NCBI GenBank assembly: GCA_044892505.1
Contig: CM097882.1
Coordinates: 542,190,001-542,254,000, forward strand
Direction of reading: 5' to 3'
Source: Schmidtea nova
Taxonomy: Eukaryota
Length of the DNA: 64,000 nucleotides
Below are positions 48,301-58,446 of the stretch, one piece after another (positions within the stretch are counted from its first letter, which is position 1; each line of letters begins with the position of its first letter). The notes under the pieces are model-generated. The model saw nothing but the letters and a program-made list of their open reading frames with translations. It did no database searches and had not been told where the DNA came from. The position numbers were made by a program, and so were the translations under genes.

Positions 48301-50456
48301 AGGTCTACTGCGAGCAGGGATACCATCTTCGAGATTTAAATATGCGAGACAAAATCTCGAAATTGAAATAAAGAAAAAACACATAATTTGAATATTTCAA
48401 ATATTCAATGTATATATATTATTATAATATTTATTATAGTCACAAATAATGAAAAAATAAAATAAAAAAAAATTATAAAAAACTAAATAATAAAAAAATA
48501 TATGCTTAATGAAAAATTAACAAATTAACAAAACATAACGAAACAGAAAAAAGGAATACAACCATAAAATATAAACTTAAAAATGAGATCAAAAATTCAA
48601 AAACAATAAAAGTAAAAAAAATTAAGATTAATTTATAAATATCAATGGTATTTATCTTTAGATTTTATTTCTTTTACAATTGAATCATCCTCTTTCAAAA
48701 ATTTTTGAAATTGTATGCAGTTCATTCCAAAATTTTGTTTCACCATTAATTCCGCTTCTAAATTTTCCAATAATAAACGATTTCTTTCTTTCCGCCAAGC
48801 ATTAGTCATAAGGCTAAAAATCCTTTCAGGTATAGCATTAGAATGCGGAATAGAAAATATTACTTGCACAATTTTAGTAATATTTGGAACATTATACTTC
48901 TTATAAAATATTACCCATTTTTCTTCAATAGAAAATTCTTTTTCTGTATTACTTAATTCGCGAATAAACTTTTTCAAATAAACATATTCCTCATACAGCA
49001 AATCTTCATTGATATAAATTCTATAAGCTGCAACAATATCTTTGATCTCTTGAAATTCGGGAATGGACCGTAAATTTAAGTGATATAGTATTTTTAATTT
49101 ATTGTCGTTAAAATCAAACCATTTATCAATATACTTTTTAGCAGCATCAAAAAAATTGTTGGCATCTATTTTAAATCGTTTTTTAATACTTTCATTATCA
49201 CAATTATGAAGGATTTTAATTGCAATAGATCCATAAAAATTATCATTTTTTCTTGCTATTAACGATTGCCTTATGGAATCCATTATTGTGTAAATATCTA
49301 AAATCAATAATTCGTTCCCTTGAAGTTTTTTGAGTGCCGGTTGAAAGATTGAACACGCATTCATTACAAATCCAAGATAAGCCTCAGCTAGCTCGTCGTC
49401 AAAAAACATTCGTTTACAAGTTGAAACACTATTTTTGCTCATAAAATACGACTTGATTGGTTTGAAATTTAATAGCAACCTCTCGATAGCTGGTAAAAGT
49501 GTTAACCATCTTGTGGGAATATGCTTCAACATCTCGCACCACTCGGTTTGAGTCCATACAAAGTTTGCGTGTGGGACGCGAGAAATATCTTAGGTGTGTG
49601 GGACAATCCCACCTAGGGCGGTACAGATGGTAACCCTGACTGCGAGGCATATTTTCGAGATCAATTTCTCCGTCATTAAATCATTTAAACCAACGCCTAA
49701 TAGTTCTTTCATTAACTGTATCGCTCCCAAAAGCATTATTAATATTCCTCTCCGCCTCAACTGAATTGTTATTCGATTTCCACTCATATAAATAAAGAAG
49801 TCTCAAATCATGATTTTCTAACTTGTACATTTATATTTGAAAATGAAATTTATAGTAATGAAATTATTATAAATCTTACTTAATATTCGAATATGAAATA
49901 AGCGTTTTCTAATGAACTTTAAAATAAAGAAATACGTGTATATAAAAAAAGTTATCATGATTTAAAGTTATTATAAATTATTCGGACATTTCATTCCGGA
50001 CAACCTAATAATAAAAATTTTAATTCTTTTGCTTAAATCACATGCAGTCGTTTCGGCAGTCAACTATTTTCTTTGAAATTTTCGGTCCTCGACGCTTCTG
50101 AAGTTGTGCAGGCTTAAAGGGATAAAATTTATTGATTTTTTGTTAATTCCAGGTCTTTTTGAAGGCAAATATTAACGTGATTGTGAATTTATTTGTGGCG
50201 ATTTGTATTTTATTTATTATAACTGTATTTTTTGAACTAATGTAAATTTTGCTTTTTGCAGTATCGTTACGACGACACGTTGAAAAGAGTAGTTATTGAG
50301 CCGTTAGAACTTGCTCAGGAATTCAGAAAATTTGAATTTAATTCGTCATGGGAAAATTTTCCTCAATTTAGAGATCTAGAGAAAAATAAAAATCACATTA
50401 TTGATTCGACATCTATTGAAAAACCGAAGGAAATCGAAGACAAAAAACCTGAATAG
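15621..50456 (+). CDS. NDUFS3: NADH:ubiquinone oxidoreductase core subunit S3 (complex I 30 kDa, NuoC family); spliced gene, 5 exons, 269 aa
   Basis: join(15621-15657,15709-15792,15881-16128,17374-17619,50262-50456) = 810 nt. All four introns are GT..AG and the frame is preserved. The product has an N-terminal presequence-like segment, then [18 protein letters not shown]|[63 protein letters not shown]|[24 protein letters not shown], recognisably collinear with animal NDUFS3. Confidence 0.95.
15709..15792 (+). CDS. NDUFS3: NDUFS3 exon 2 (Ser/Thr-rich targeting peptide part)
   Basis: Open between the acceptor (15708) and donor GTAAGA (15793). Phase 1 joins exon 3 to give P-T-I-R-P. Confidence 0.8.
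15881..16128 (+). CDS. NDUFS3: NDUFS3 exon 3
   Basis: Acceptor TTTTCAG at 15880, conserved sequence TIRP..RFE, donor GTTTGA at 16129. Confidence 0.95.
16247..16925. mobile_element. Possible TTAA-flanked MITE in NDUFS3 intron 3
   Basis: TTAA at 16243-46 and 16926-29. The ends (CCTTTATACCG vs rc CTCTCGGTCTACCG) match only imperfectly. Confidence 0.4.
17374..17619 (+). CDS. NDUFS3: NDUFS3 exon 4
   Basis: Acceptor TTTGTAG at 17373, complex I 30-kDa signature [22 protein letters not shown], phase-0 donor GTAATT at 17620. Confidence 0.97.
17950..18019. mobile_element. 70-bp piggyBac-like mini-element
   Basis: TTAA-CCCT...AGGG-TTAA (TTAA at 17946-49 and 18020-23). Confidence 0.6.
18070..18710. 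repeat. About 180-bp tandem array, roughly 3.5 units with one internally deleted
   Basis: aattttaacca recurs at 18091, 18274, 18379 and 18559 (spacings 183, 105, 180). Confidence 0.9.
18930..19375 (+). mobile_element. Second Penelope-like GIY-YIG remnant
   Basis: [28 protein letters not shown], then a frameshift into [23 protein letters not shown] (ORF 19019-19243). Confidence 0.75.
19860..20660 (+). pseudogene. Degraded hAT-type transposase fragment
   Basis: [23 protein letters not shown] resembles hAT catalytic-region sequence. Palindromic AATACCGGTATT motifs at about 20614 and 20655 look subterminal. Confidence 0.55.
20905..21570. repeat. Inverted repeat, arms about 225 bp (20905-21130 / 21350-21570), spacer about 220 bp
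   Basis: rc of the left arm matches the right arm at an estimated 80-85% by eye (gttttagtatgatgttaatttt; gattgaatgtttatatagaattaaa). Confidence 0.88.
23227..25817 (+). mobile_element. Degraded piggyBac element, 2591 bp
   Basis: TTAA TSD (23223-26, 25818-21) and TIR CCCTTAAATGCAT with 2 mismatches. Transposase fragments at 24444-25166 ([22 protein letters not shown]) and a C-terminal Cys-rich domain at about 25486-25600. Confidence 0.9.
24005..24394 (+). pseudogene. Ty3/gypsy gag N-terminal fragment inside the piggyBac
   Basis: [29 protein letters not shown] aligns with [15 protein letters not shown] of the gag at 30023-30286. It has two in-frame stops. Confidence 0.7.
26016..26268 (-). repeat. 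3' LTR (253 bp), termini TAT...ATA
   Basis: Direct repeat of 30286-30525 with about 6 substitutions and a 13-bp indel. It is preceded on the minus strand by PPT AAGAAGGGGGA (26269-26279). Confidence 0.93.
30273..30285 (-). promoter_or_regulatory. Primer-binding site complementary to tRNA-Leu 3' end
   Basis: TGGTGGCAGCGGT is complementary to ACCGCTGCCA-CCA, the 3' end of animal tRNA-Leu(AAG/TAG) as recalled from vertebrate sequences. Confidence 0.85.
30286..30525 (-). repeat. 5' LTR (240 bp), termini TAT...ATA
   Basis: Direct repeat of the 3' LTR, abutting the PBS. Confidence 0.93.
31750..32600 (+). pseudogene. Heavily degraded Ty3/gypsy RT/RNase H remnant
   Basis: [17 protein letters not shown] and [11 protein letters not shown] match the RNase H of 27314-27724. 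Confidence 0.75.
33106..35800 (+). mobile_element. Degraded Ty3/gypsy element: putative 5' LTR, tRNA-Ser PBS, gag, protease, RT remnants
   Basis: TGTAA..TTACT (33106-33263) is followed by TGGCGTCACGAGCAGGAT (33264-33281), complementary to a tRNA-Ser 3' end. Protease-like [11 protein letters not shown] at about 34165; [21 protein letters not shown] at about 35130-35205. Confidence 0.75.
35900..36520 (-). pseudogene. Degraded gag remnant next to LTR-like copy D
   Basis: Purine-rich, stop-riddled sequence resembling the gag at 29400-29950. Confidence 0.5.
36640..38390 (-). repeat. LTR-like long dispersed repeat, copy D (approximate)
   Basis: rc contains aagcttacctgctcactg, gtataaatagg (TATA-like), gacaataaatatt (polyA-like) and taggcatacaaacccg, all matching copies A/B/C. 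Confidence 0.65.
38411..39873 (-). mobile_element. Foldback Mutator-like element with degraded SWIM-containing transposase
   Basis: Arms are rich in TGATCAGTATT (left) and AATACTGATCA (right). Termini are AGGC..GCCT, flanked by TATTATT on both sides. The interior encodes [41 protein letters not shown], homologous to 1830-2010. Confidence 0.75.
39900..40330 (-). pseudogene. Degraded gag N-terminal remnant
   Basis: [13 protein letters not shown] resembles [12 protein letters not shown] of the 30286 gag. Confidence 0.5.
43015..45007 (-). pseudogene. TRAF-family pseudogene (RING, zinc-finger remnant, coiled coil, MATH/TRAF-C)
   Basis: Acceptor TCTTTAG at 45008, then [27 protein letters not shown] (RING-like). 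Coiled-coil exon(s) follow, with GT-AG introns at 44495-44532 and 43552-43600. A MATH-like stretch reads [33 protein letters not shown]. Multiple stops and frameshifts. Confidence 0.78.
43787..44640. repeat. 213-217 bp tandem repeat, 4 copies
   Basis: gagttct recurs at 43787, 44000, 44213 and 44430. Confidence 0.93.
45317..45394. repeat. (TA)39 microsatellite
   Basis: Direct inspection. Confidence 0.98.
45530..46420 (-). pseudogene. Degraded Tigger/pogo (CENP-B HTH plus DDE_1) transposase
   Basis: 46147-46398 ([25 protein letters not shown]) and 45594-45869 ([33 protein letters not shown]). Confidence 0.8.
48094..48384 (-). pseudogene. Mariner transposase N-terminal fragment
   Basis: [34 protein letters not shown] is a variant of the mariner WVPHEL region. 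Confidence 0.8.
48642..49790 (-). pseudogene. hAT transposase C-terminal part with dimerization domain
   Basis: 296-aa ORF with [14 protein letters not shown] and [22 protein letters not shown]. Frameshifted upstream catalytic remnants lie at 49590-49787. Confidence 0.88.
50262..50456 (+). CDS. NDUFS3: NDUFS3 exon 5 (terminal)
   Basis: Branch-point-like ACTAAT at 50236 and acceptor TTTTTGCAG ending 50261. Phase 0; encodes [38 protein letters not shown]-stop, the conserved NDUFS3 C-terminus. Confidence 0.93.
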   Translation, partial: YRYDDTLKRVVIEPLELAQEFRKFEFNSSWENFPQFRDLEKNKNHIIDSTSIEKPKEIEDKKPE

Positions 50457-50521
50457 ATATTAATAATTTGTCATAGAGTTGTCGATTATATTAGCTGGCA
50501 CTAGTTCATTCTAATTATTGT

Positions 50522-50527
50522 AATAAA
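50522..50527 (+). terminator. Candidate polyadenylation signal of NDUFS3
   Basis: AATAAA about 65 nt after the stop codon. The motif is common in AT-rich DNA, so support is positional only. Confidence 0.45.
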
Positions 50528-52084
50528 TGCTTTTTTGATTTTCTTTCTAACTATTTTATTTTATTATTTATTTTTATTATTGGAATTATAATTTTTCAAA
50601 GATGTTAACTATAACCATAAGTCTTTCATTGGATAGGGAAATTGAGAACCTCATAGGAGTTGGAAAATGGGAAGAGTGACTCCTTGAACCGGATTTAATT
50701 AGATAAATAAAATTTTAATTTATGATTTTTGTAAATTCTTTAAATTAGTAGTTGTAAACTTTTTGTTCGATTTACCATTTTCACCATTTCCATAACAACT
50801 GAGCGCAAAATAAATTTGTAAAATATATTAATTTAATCTAGCCAATCTTGTTCTAGGTATTACCTGATTGCATGTATTGGGGCTAATCTTCTCGTTGTTC
50901 ATACGTACTTAATAGGTGAAACATTAAACCCGCCTCTTAGTTTCCTTTTAATTTAGCTGAAAAGAAACATTATTTAATTTAAGGTAATTGAATTCAAAAA
51001 ATGAGATCAGAGGTAAAACCAAAATATAATTATGAATTATTTTAATAAAATAAGTTTGTTAAATAAACAAATTTTGGTAAGGCTAAGAATTTCAGAGGTA
51101 GTAAGAAATTTCAAACTACTAGGTTAAAAAATCGGAATTCACTGTAAAAAATAAATGCAACGTAAAATATCTTCAGACGTAATTTTTAAAAATATGATGT
51201 GCTTGCTTGTTTGTTTATTTTATAACTTTTAGTAAAAAAATTTATATGTACTCGAGAATAAGACCATGGTCTTTGTAATGTACTAAATTTTGTTGTTATT
51301 ATTATTTTTTTTTCTTATTGTTACGATTCGTATAGTGATGTGTGGGTATTGTGACCCCCCCCCCTTCTTTTTTTGTTATTTTATTCTTACATTTTTTATT
51401 TTACATGAAAATTAAATTAAAATTCAATAAGACAATTTCTATAGAAATTGCAAAACCAAAATAAAATAAGAAAATTGTTTAGAGAATTTCAAAATTAAGA
51501 ATTTAACCGAGAGAAAATTAAAACAAATTGAAAATATCTAATAAACTAAAGCAGAGGTGTCCAAACTACGGCCCGCGGGCCAAACCCGGCCCGTCAGGCG
51601 ATTTTATCCGGCCCGCCAAGGATTTTGAAAAATTTCGTAAAATATAAATGTAGCGTGGCGCGCGGTATTAGATCTCGCGCAGATGACGAGCGCATTCGGT
51701 TAGAATGAACCTGTTATCACACTCGAAAAAGTACAGTCTGGTATTCAAGTTTTTTTCGGTAGTCGGCGATGCGAATCAGTCGCTCGACTACAATAATGAT
51801 TTTGTACTCTGACTGTACATAGGCGGGGCGGAGCGGCAGACTGCACTCAACTGCAGCGCCAGCAAAGCTACGAGATTGTCCACAAAAAAAACAAAAACTT
51901 GTCGGCCGCGGAGCTTTTTTACATTATTTACAGTTGATATATTGTAAATTAGTATGTTTAAAAAAAATACAACTTTAGTCAATCATAATAACAAAAAAGC
52001 AATCCCCACAAATTAGTATGTTTAGATTTATATTTAATCTATTATAACTTAATTAAAATAAAAATTTTTTTTTTAAAGTTGAAC

Positions 52085-53899
52085 ATGGAAACAAAAAGAA
52101 GAAAAGTAGATGACGAGTGCCGCGTTTTTAAAGAAGAATGGGGATTTAAATATTTCTTTGTGCAATCGCAGTCAAAGAATGGCAAAGCTATATGTGTAAT
52201 TTGCAATGACACTATTGCTGTAATGAAGGAATACAATTTACGTCGACATTATGAAACAAAACATGCTTCAGCTTACTCGCAATTTAAGGACAAGCAGCGT
52301 ACTGAAAAATTTGAAAAAATGAGTCGTAGTTTGTCTTCTCAGCAAAATTTATTTAGGAAAGCAAACTCGGAAAATGAATCATTGACTTTAGTTAGCATGA
52401 AAGTTGCTTATTTGTTGGCGAAAAAAGGGAAACCCTTTATGGATGGAAACATCGTTAAAGAGTGTATGATGGAAGCTGTTGGGGTATTATGTCCTGAAAA
52501 GTTGAAACTTTTCAAAACGATAAGTCTTTCCCGCAATACTGTTGCTCGTCGAATTGACGATATTGGGAATAATATACTCCGCCAGATTTCTGGGAAAGCA
52601 CAGCGTTTCACTCACTATTCTATCGCGATGAATGAATCGGCCGACGTTAGTGACACCTCACAACTTTTAGTATTTATTCGTGGAGTTGACGACGATCTTA
52701 ATGTCACCCAAGAATTAGCATCGGTTAACAGCATGCATGGCATTACAACTGGAGCAGATATTTTTAAGGAACTACAACAAACGTTGACCAAATATAACTT
52801 GGACTGGAATTGACTCCAAGGTGTGACAATTGACGGAGGAAGAAACATGTCTGGTGCAAATATTGGGGTGGTTGGGCTAATAAGAAAAGCTTGTGAGAGC
52901 GCAGGAGCAACAGTACCAATTTTTCAGCACTGTATCATCCACCAACAAGCCCTATGCGTAAAACATGTCGACATGAGCTGCGTTTTGAAACCAGTTGTTT
53001 CTGTCGTAAACTTTATTCGATCACGTACACTCAATCATCGCCAATTTCGATCTTTTCTCGAAGAAACTGAATCCGAGTCTGTTGTCTTGTCGTATTATAC
53101 AGCAGTTCGATGGCTTAGCTGTGGAAAAGTGTTATTGCAGTTCTTTAAGCTCATAAAAGAAATTAAACTTTTTCTTGCGGAAAATAATCACCCTGAACCG
53201 CTTTTATCGGATGCAGAGTGGCTCTGGAAGTTGGCAATTTTTGCAGATGTCGTAACACACGTAAATAACTTGAATTTAAGGCTCCAAGGTAAAAACAACT
53301 TAATTTGTGATTTATTCGAGCAAATCAAAGCATTCAGAGCCAAGCTGATATTGCTCGAAAGTCATATGAATGAATGTGATTTTTCCCATTTCACGTGCTG
53401 TGAAAAATTTAGTACAAAAACTGACGAAAGATTTCCCACCATATTTGCAGTAAAAGTAATCGCGGATTTAAAACTAGAATTTCAAAAGCGTTTTTCTGAT
53501 CTTGACATAAATTCGAGGGAAATTCGGCTGTTTCAAAATCCATATGACTGCAACGTCGGCGACGTTTCAAGTCAGTTTCAAATGGAAATAATCGATCTTC
53601 AAGCTAGCGATCAAATCAAGAACAAATACAAGGAAGGAAACCTGATCAATTTTTACAAATTTTTGGACGCAAAAGAGTTTCCAAATTTAAAGCAATTGGC
53701 CAGTAAATTTATTTCTATGTATGGCACTACCTATGTGTGCGAACAAACCTTTTCCAGGATGAAGTATCTGAAATCTAAATATAGGGCAAATTTATCGGAT
53801 GATCATTTGCAATCGTTGCTAATAATTGGTGTTTCCGATTTGAATCCCAACTTTGAAGAAACTCTCCAGGAAAAAACCCAGTTCCACCATTCCCATTAA
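52085..53899 (+). pseudogene. GTF2IRD2-like Buster hAT transposase, one in-frame stop
   Basis: The two ORFs are in frame across TGA 52811-13. Motifs: CVIC..RRHYETKH zinc finger, TIDGG, HCIIHQQALC, VRWLS, YVCEQTFSRM. The first catalytic D appears as N (AMNESAD). Confidence 0.9.
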
Positions 53900-53994
53900 A
53901 AATTGCATGAAATAATTTTATAATAATATAATTTAGACATGTTTGTTTAGTATTGTTATATCTGTAATTTACTAAAAAAATAAAAGGCTCCGTC

Positions 53995-54770
53995 TTTTTT
54001 GATATTTAAAATATTAAATTTATTTTCAAAAAGTCTACATTTTTTCAAAATATCTACAAAATCCCCCAAAATATCCACAAAATCCCCCAACACAAAAAAT
54101 GAATTAAAACAGATAAAAATTAAAAAACATTAAAAAAAAAACCACATTAAAAAGGTTATAAAAAACATTAAAAAACATAAAAACCCCAGAATAAAAACTT
54201 CGAAATTAAGTTTTATAATTTATCCCTAATTTGATAGAGATAAAACAACCGGGCCCGTCTTAACACGTGGGTAAATTCTCTTAAAAATTATAAGATCGAA
54301 ACGGTTCAACAAAATATTTATTAATACAAGACTTACTTAGTGCTAGACTGCATAAAATGAATTTATTTATTTCGAGATAAAATTTGAAGGGGGGTTATTG
54401 TTTTTTAATTATGTAAAGCGGAAGATAGTTAAAACAATTAATAAAAAGGCGGCAAATTATTTTAATCATTTAAACTTTTGCTTTCGTAAATTGTATTTAT
54501 GTTTTAATTTTTGTTTGCTGAGAAATAACAAAAATTTAAAAATACAATACTTTGTTTTTTATACCCTTTTTAATGCTGGTTGTAGATTTTGGGATTTTTA
54601 CTTTTTTTTAATTTTTATCTTTTTTAATTCATTTTTTTTGTTGGGGGATTTTGTAGATATTTTGGGCATTTTTTTAAATGTATTTTAAATATTCTGGGGG
54701 GATTTTGTAGATATTTTGAGAAACTGTGGATTTTTTGAAAATAAATTAAATATTTTAGACATTAAAAATA
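53995..54770. mobile_element. Foldback/MITE-like insert inside the hAT 3' region
   Basis: 53995-54140 is inverted relative to about 54600-54770, with repeated caaaatatctacaaaatcccccaa / ttgggggattttgtagatattttg. Confidence 0.75.
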
Positions 54771-55201
54771 TATATAACGAAAAATAAAATTCAATGCTGC
54801 TTTACTTGTAATAAGGTTTTTTAATCCACATATTTACAATGCTTGGCCCCCGCTAATGAATTTAGATACCAAACTGGCCCTCGCAGCAAAAAGTTTGGAC
54901 GCCTCTGAACTAAAGAAATCTACAAAAAAAGAAAAGACTGTAAATTCTAACGTACTAAAGAAAAATTATATGGCTCACTTTATGATTATTGGACAAATTG
55001 AAGAGTTGAGTAAATATTTTTAATAATTGTTCAAATAAAATTATTATAAAATTTGGTTTGTTTTTTATCTGTTAATTATCACTGTAAACACTCTTACAGA
55101 CATATACACACACATACGCATGCATACAAACAAATATATAACTAACATGTCATTCACCCCATCAGTCTTGATAAAATTTTTATTTTATTTGAAAAAAAAT
55201 T

Positions 55202-55278
55202 GGGGTATCAATTGTCGGAGGGATTAATTTCGTAGGGGATCAACTGTCGGGTGATCAACTGTCAGGGGATCAACTGTC
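55202..55278. repeat. About 15-bp degenerate tandem repeat (GGGGATCAACTGTC), probable orphan DNA-transposon subterminal array
   Basis: Five degenerate units. No inverted partner was found in the window. Confidence 0.6.
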
Positions 55279-58208
55279 AGCGATCGTAAAACCTATATCA
55301 GTCTTATTCTCAAATTTGCAATTAAAGAAAAAAAGGGTCTAAAAAATTCATGTCTTTTTTTCGAGAAAATCCGGTTATGTGAAAGAAAAGGGACCGAACA
55401 TCGAAACGAGTACATATCTTTTATCAATAGCTCTTGAACCCATTGAAATTATTCGATCAATTATAGTTCTGGTATCAGCACTCACATTCTCTGAGTATTT
55501 TGCCAAATAGTTACATTTCCAAAAATGCTTGAGACAGGTGACTACTGGTTAAAACAATAGTTACCTGGTTACCATAGAATTAGATCCTGCTATGGTACCA
55601 ACAATTACTTTTAATTTTGATATTAACAACATTGCATTTCCTTGTTACCTGAAAATCGACTTTTCTCTAACCGATGACGTATAATTTGTTCAGTTTCAAA
55701 AAATATAATGTTTTAAATATTTACTTGTTAGTATCCGTAACTAAATATTGAAAATAATGTAGGTTCTATAGCTAATCATTTAATTATTCTAAACAGTAAT
55801 TACAAACTTTTAATAATTATTACTTGCACTTAAGGTTACGAGATTTATAAGAGTAGAAATCAAGATTTTTTTGAATTTAAAGTCATTTTTTAAAACATAT
55901 TCCTAGATATAAACGAACTTTTTTATAAAAATACCTTAACAAATATGGCAAAGATTAAATGAAAAACGTCACTCTTATAAAATTTGTACTATATTTCGAC
56001 AGACTCCATGCTATCTTCAAATATCCAGAAAAACTGTTAAATTGAATTCATTGAAACAAATTATAAAATATAATTAGATACATTTAAATTTAAAATATTA
56101 TTTCAATATTTAATTTTAATGTATTAAAAATTAATCTAAAAATTATTTTTAAAATGATTAACAAATTTTTAATTATTGATAAATATTAAAATATTAAAAA
56201 AATTATTTAATTTTTAAAAAGATAATAAAAATTTTTCAAAAATATATTATTTCATTTAAAATTAAAATAAATAAAACAGAAATTATAAATTTCCAAAAAA
56301 ATAAAATTTTCTTAATTGGTATAGCAAGAAATCGATAATTTAATTTTCCCAAATAATCGATTGCATTTTTTCGTAATGAATACTGATTTTTAGCTCAACC
56401 GTCAAATGACAAAAAATGTGATGGTTTTCGAAGGCTTCAAAAGAAATTCATGACACAATTTGATAAAAAATGATTTTCCTCATCAAAGCAGGATGCACAA
56501 ATGCAATAATATAAAAATAGTTTAAAAATGCTTGCTATTGTTAATAGCAAAAATTTAGGGTTCTCAACTGGGAATTCACGGATTTCAAGTAGAAATTTAT
56601 TTTACACTTATCATGCATCGATTCCATTTAAATGAACCAAATTTGATTATAAATTAAAACATTGTAACGAAATAGATTTGAAGGAATTACATTAAATTTT
56701 ATTTTTATCCAACAACACGATCATTTGCCTGTTGATGGAACATTCAAAGTTGCACTAATTTTCTATTATGGAAGAACAAAAGAATGAATTTTCACACGAT
56801 TTTGCATGCGTCATGGTTTGAATTTATTGTCATCTTTTATCGAAGCCATAACAATTAAAGTTTAAATATTTATTTGTATAAAAAACGCCGAAAATTAAAG
56901 GCACAGAAAAAATACAGTAATTAAAAATCAGTTATATAATAACTATTCACAGTTAAAAATTAAATCCTTAATAAAAAAACTTTTCGCATAATAAAATTGG
57001 TGGGTTGTTGACCGTCAATATGATCTTGACGTTTTTATGACTCACATCAACTACTCAACATGCAAAACGTTAGTTTAACCATCTTGTTGTCCGTCACAAT
57101 GTAACGTTGGTAATGCAACATATGGGTTAATGTCCGCATACAGTAAGCGTCGAAAATTTCGAAACAATGATTGACCGAACCTCTCCTGGGTTCAAGGGCT
57201 ACTGATAGAAGGTTTTGCGCCAATTTTGTCCCTTATTTGAGATTACCCCTATGATTTGCTGCTGAAGTTTGAAACGACGATTGCAAGAAAGAAAATCATA
57301 CCACGGTAATTTGTTTCAAGATCTATGACGAGTTGTTATCAAGCGGTTTAATTAAAAATAAGCGAAGCAAAACATCTTTATCATTTAAAAAATATTCCGT
57401 TGTTTACCGAATTTTGTTGTAACATCATTCAAACAGTCACGATATCAATCAATCCATTCATTCAACTTGAAAATAACTTTTTTGAAAATAACATTTTCTC
57501 TAAAACAATTTTATTTTATATTTTTCTGAGCTTTTAAGGTAAAAATCGAAAATTTCATCCAGAAAATATGTTAATTTTTCTTAATCTGTAATTTTATTCC
57601 ATAATTGATGTTTTTATGTTATATATGTGTTTTTCACGTGTATATTTGATGTGCTTTTGTTCAGTTTGATTTTTAAACGTGCTTTAATTAATTATTAAAT
57701 TAATTATTAAAATTATTAAAATAAAATAATTTTTTTTGAAAATTATAAAATTACTAAAATAAAATTTCTTTTTTGAAAATTGCATATTTTTCTCGAAAGT
57801 AAGACCATGGTTTAACTTTTAAGTGTTCTTACTTTAGAGAAAATCCGGTAATTCTTAAACATCCTATTGTTTTATTGGTAATTTGTTTTTCCCCGAGAAT
57901 CTATGAAAATGCATTTGTTTAATTGAACAGAGATTTAATATATCAATGCTCAAACAATTATACACCGTACCTTTGCTATCCATTCATCATCCCTTAATGT
58001 TATAATAATTACCGTAAAATTCCTAACGATTAAATCCTTTTATCTGCTTAAATTATTCGTGAACTTATGAAGTGTGAAAATAAAGATGGGGTTGAGTATA
58101 AATTTATTATATATAATTTTATTATATATGTATCCGAGTTGCATAAATAAATGATATACACACTACAATGTATTAAGTATAAAATCAATTTATCGCATTA
58201 TCCATTAG

Positions 58209-58446
58209 TTTGGTTACCAATCACGACCTACATTGCAAGTTATTGATTAAACATTTTCTATGTAGCCGTGATTTAGTGAAACGGTAAGTCTAATTTGTTA
58301 TTTAATATATTTATTGATTTTTTAAAAAGTTTTTTAGGATATTTTGTTCGAGAAACCACCTTGGACTGCCCATACTCTTTCTTAATGATCCATCGTTGGA
58401 ATTTCTCATCGTTAAAGGGCTTTATCATGATATCTATGCAACAATT
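58209..58446 (+). other. Candidate pair of spliced exons of an unidentified gene (58209-58283, 58338-58446)
   Basis: Strong donors GTAAGT at 58284 and 58447, a 54-bp intron ending TTTTTTAG, and an open frame across the junction. No recognisable homology. Confidence 0.4.

Larger units (their letters stand above)
51552..54907 (+). mobile_element. Buster/SPIN-type hAT transposon, 3356 bp
   Basis: 16-bp TIR CAGAGGTGTCCAAACT / AGTTTGGACGCCTCTG with 1 mismatch. Perfect 8-bp TSD AACTAAAG (51544-51, 54908-15) of the NNNTANNN type. Confidence 0.96.

Noticed and set aside
48063-50080. 30-bp direct repeat (48063-48092 and 50051-50080) as LTRs or element ends
   Set aside because: Too short, with no TSD, PBS or PPT. 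It is more likely a subterminal motif of a fragmented DNA transposon, and the putative piggyBac ends at about 47261 and 50120 match poorly.
56990-57310. Possible mariner catalytic-domain relic on the minus strand (IVTDNK...)
   Set aside because: Too degraded to support without a profile search.
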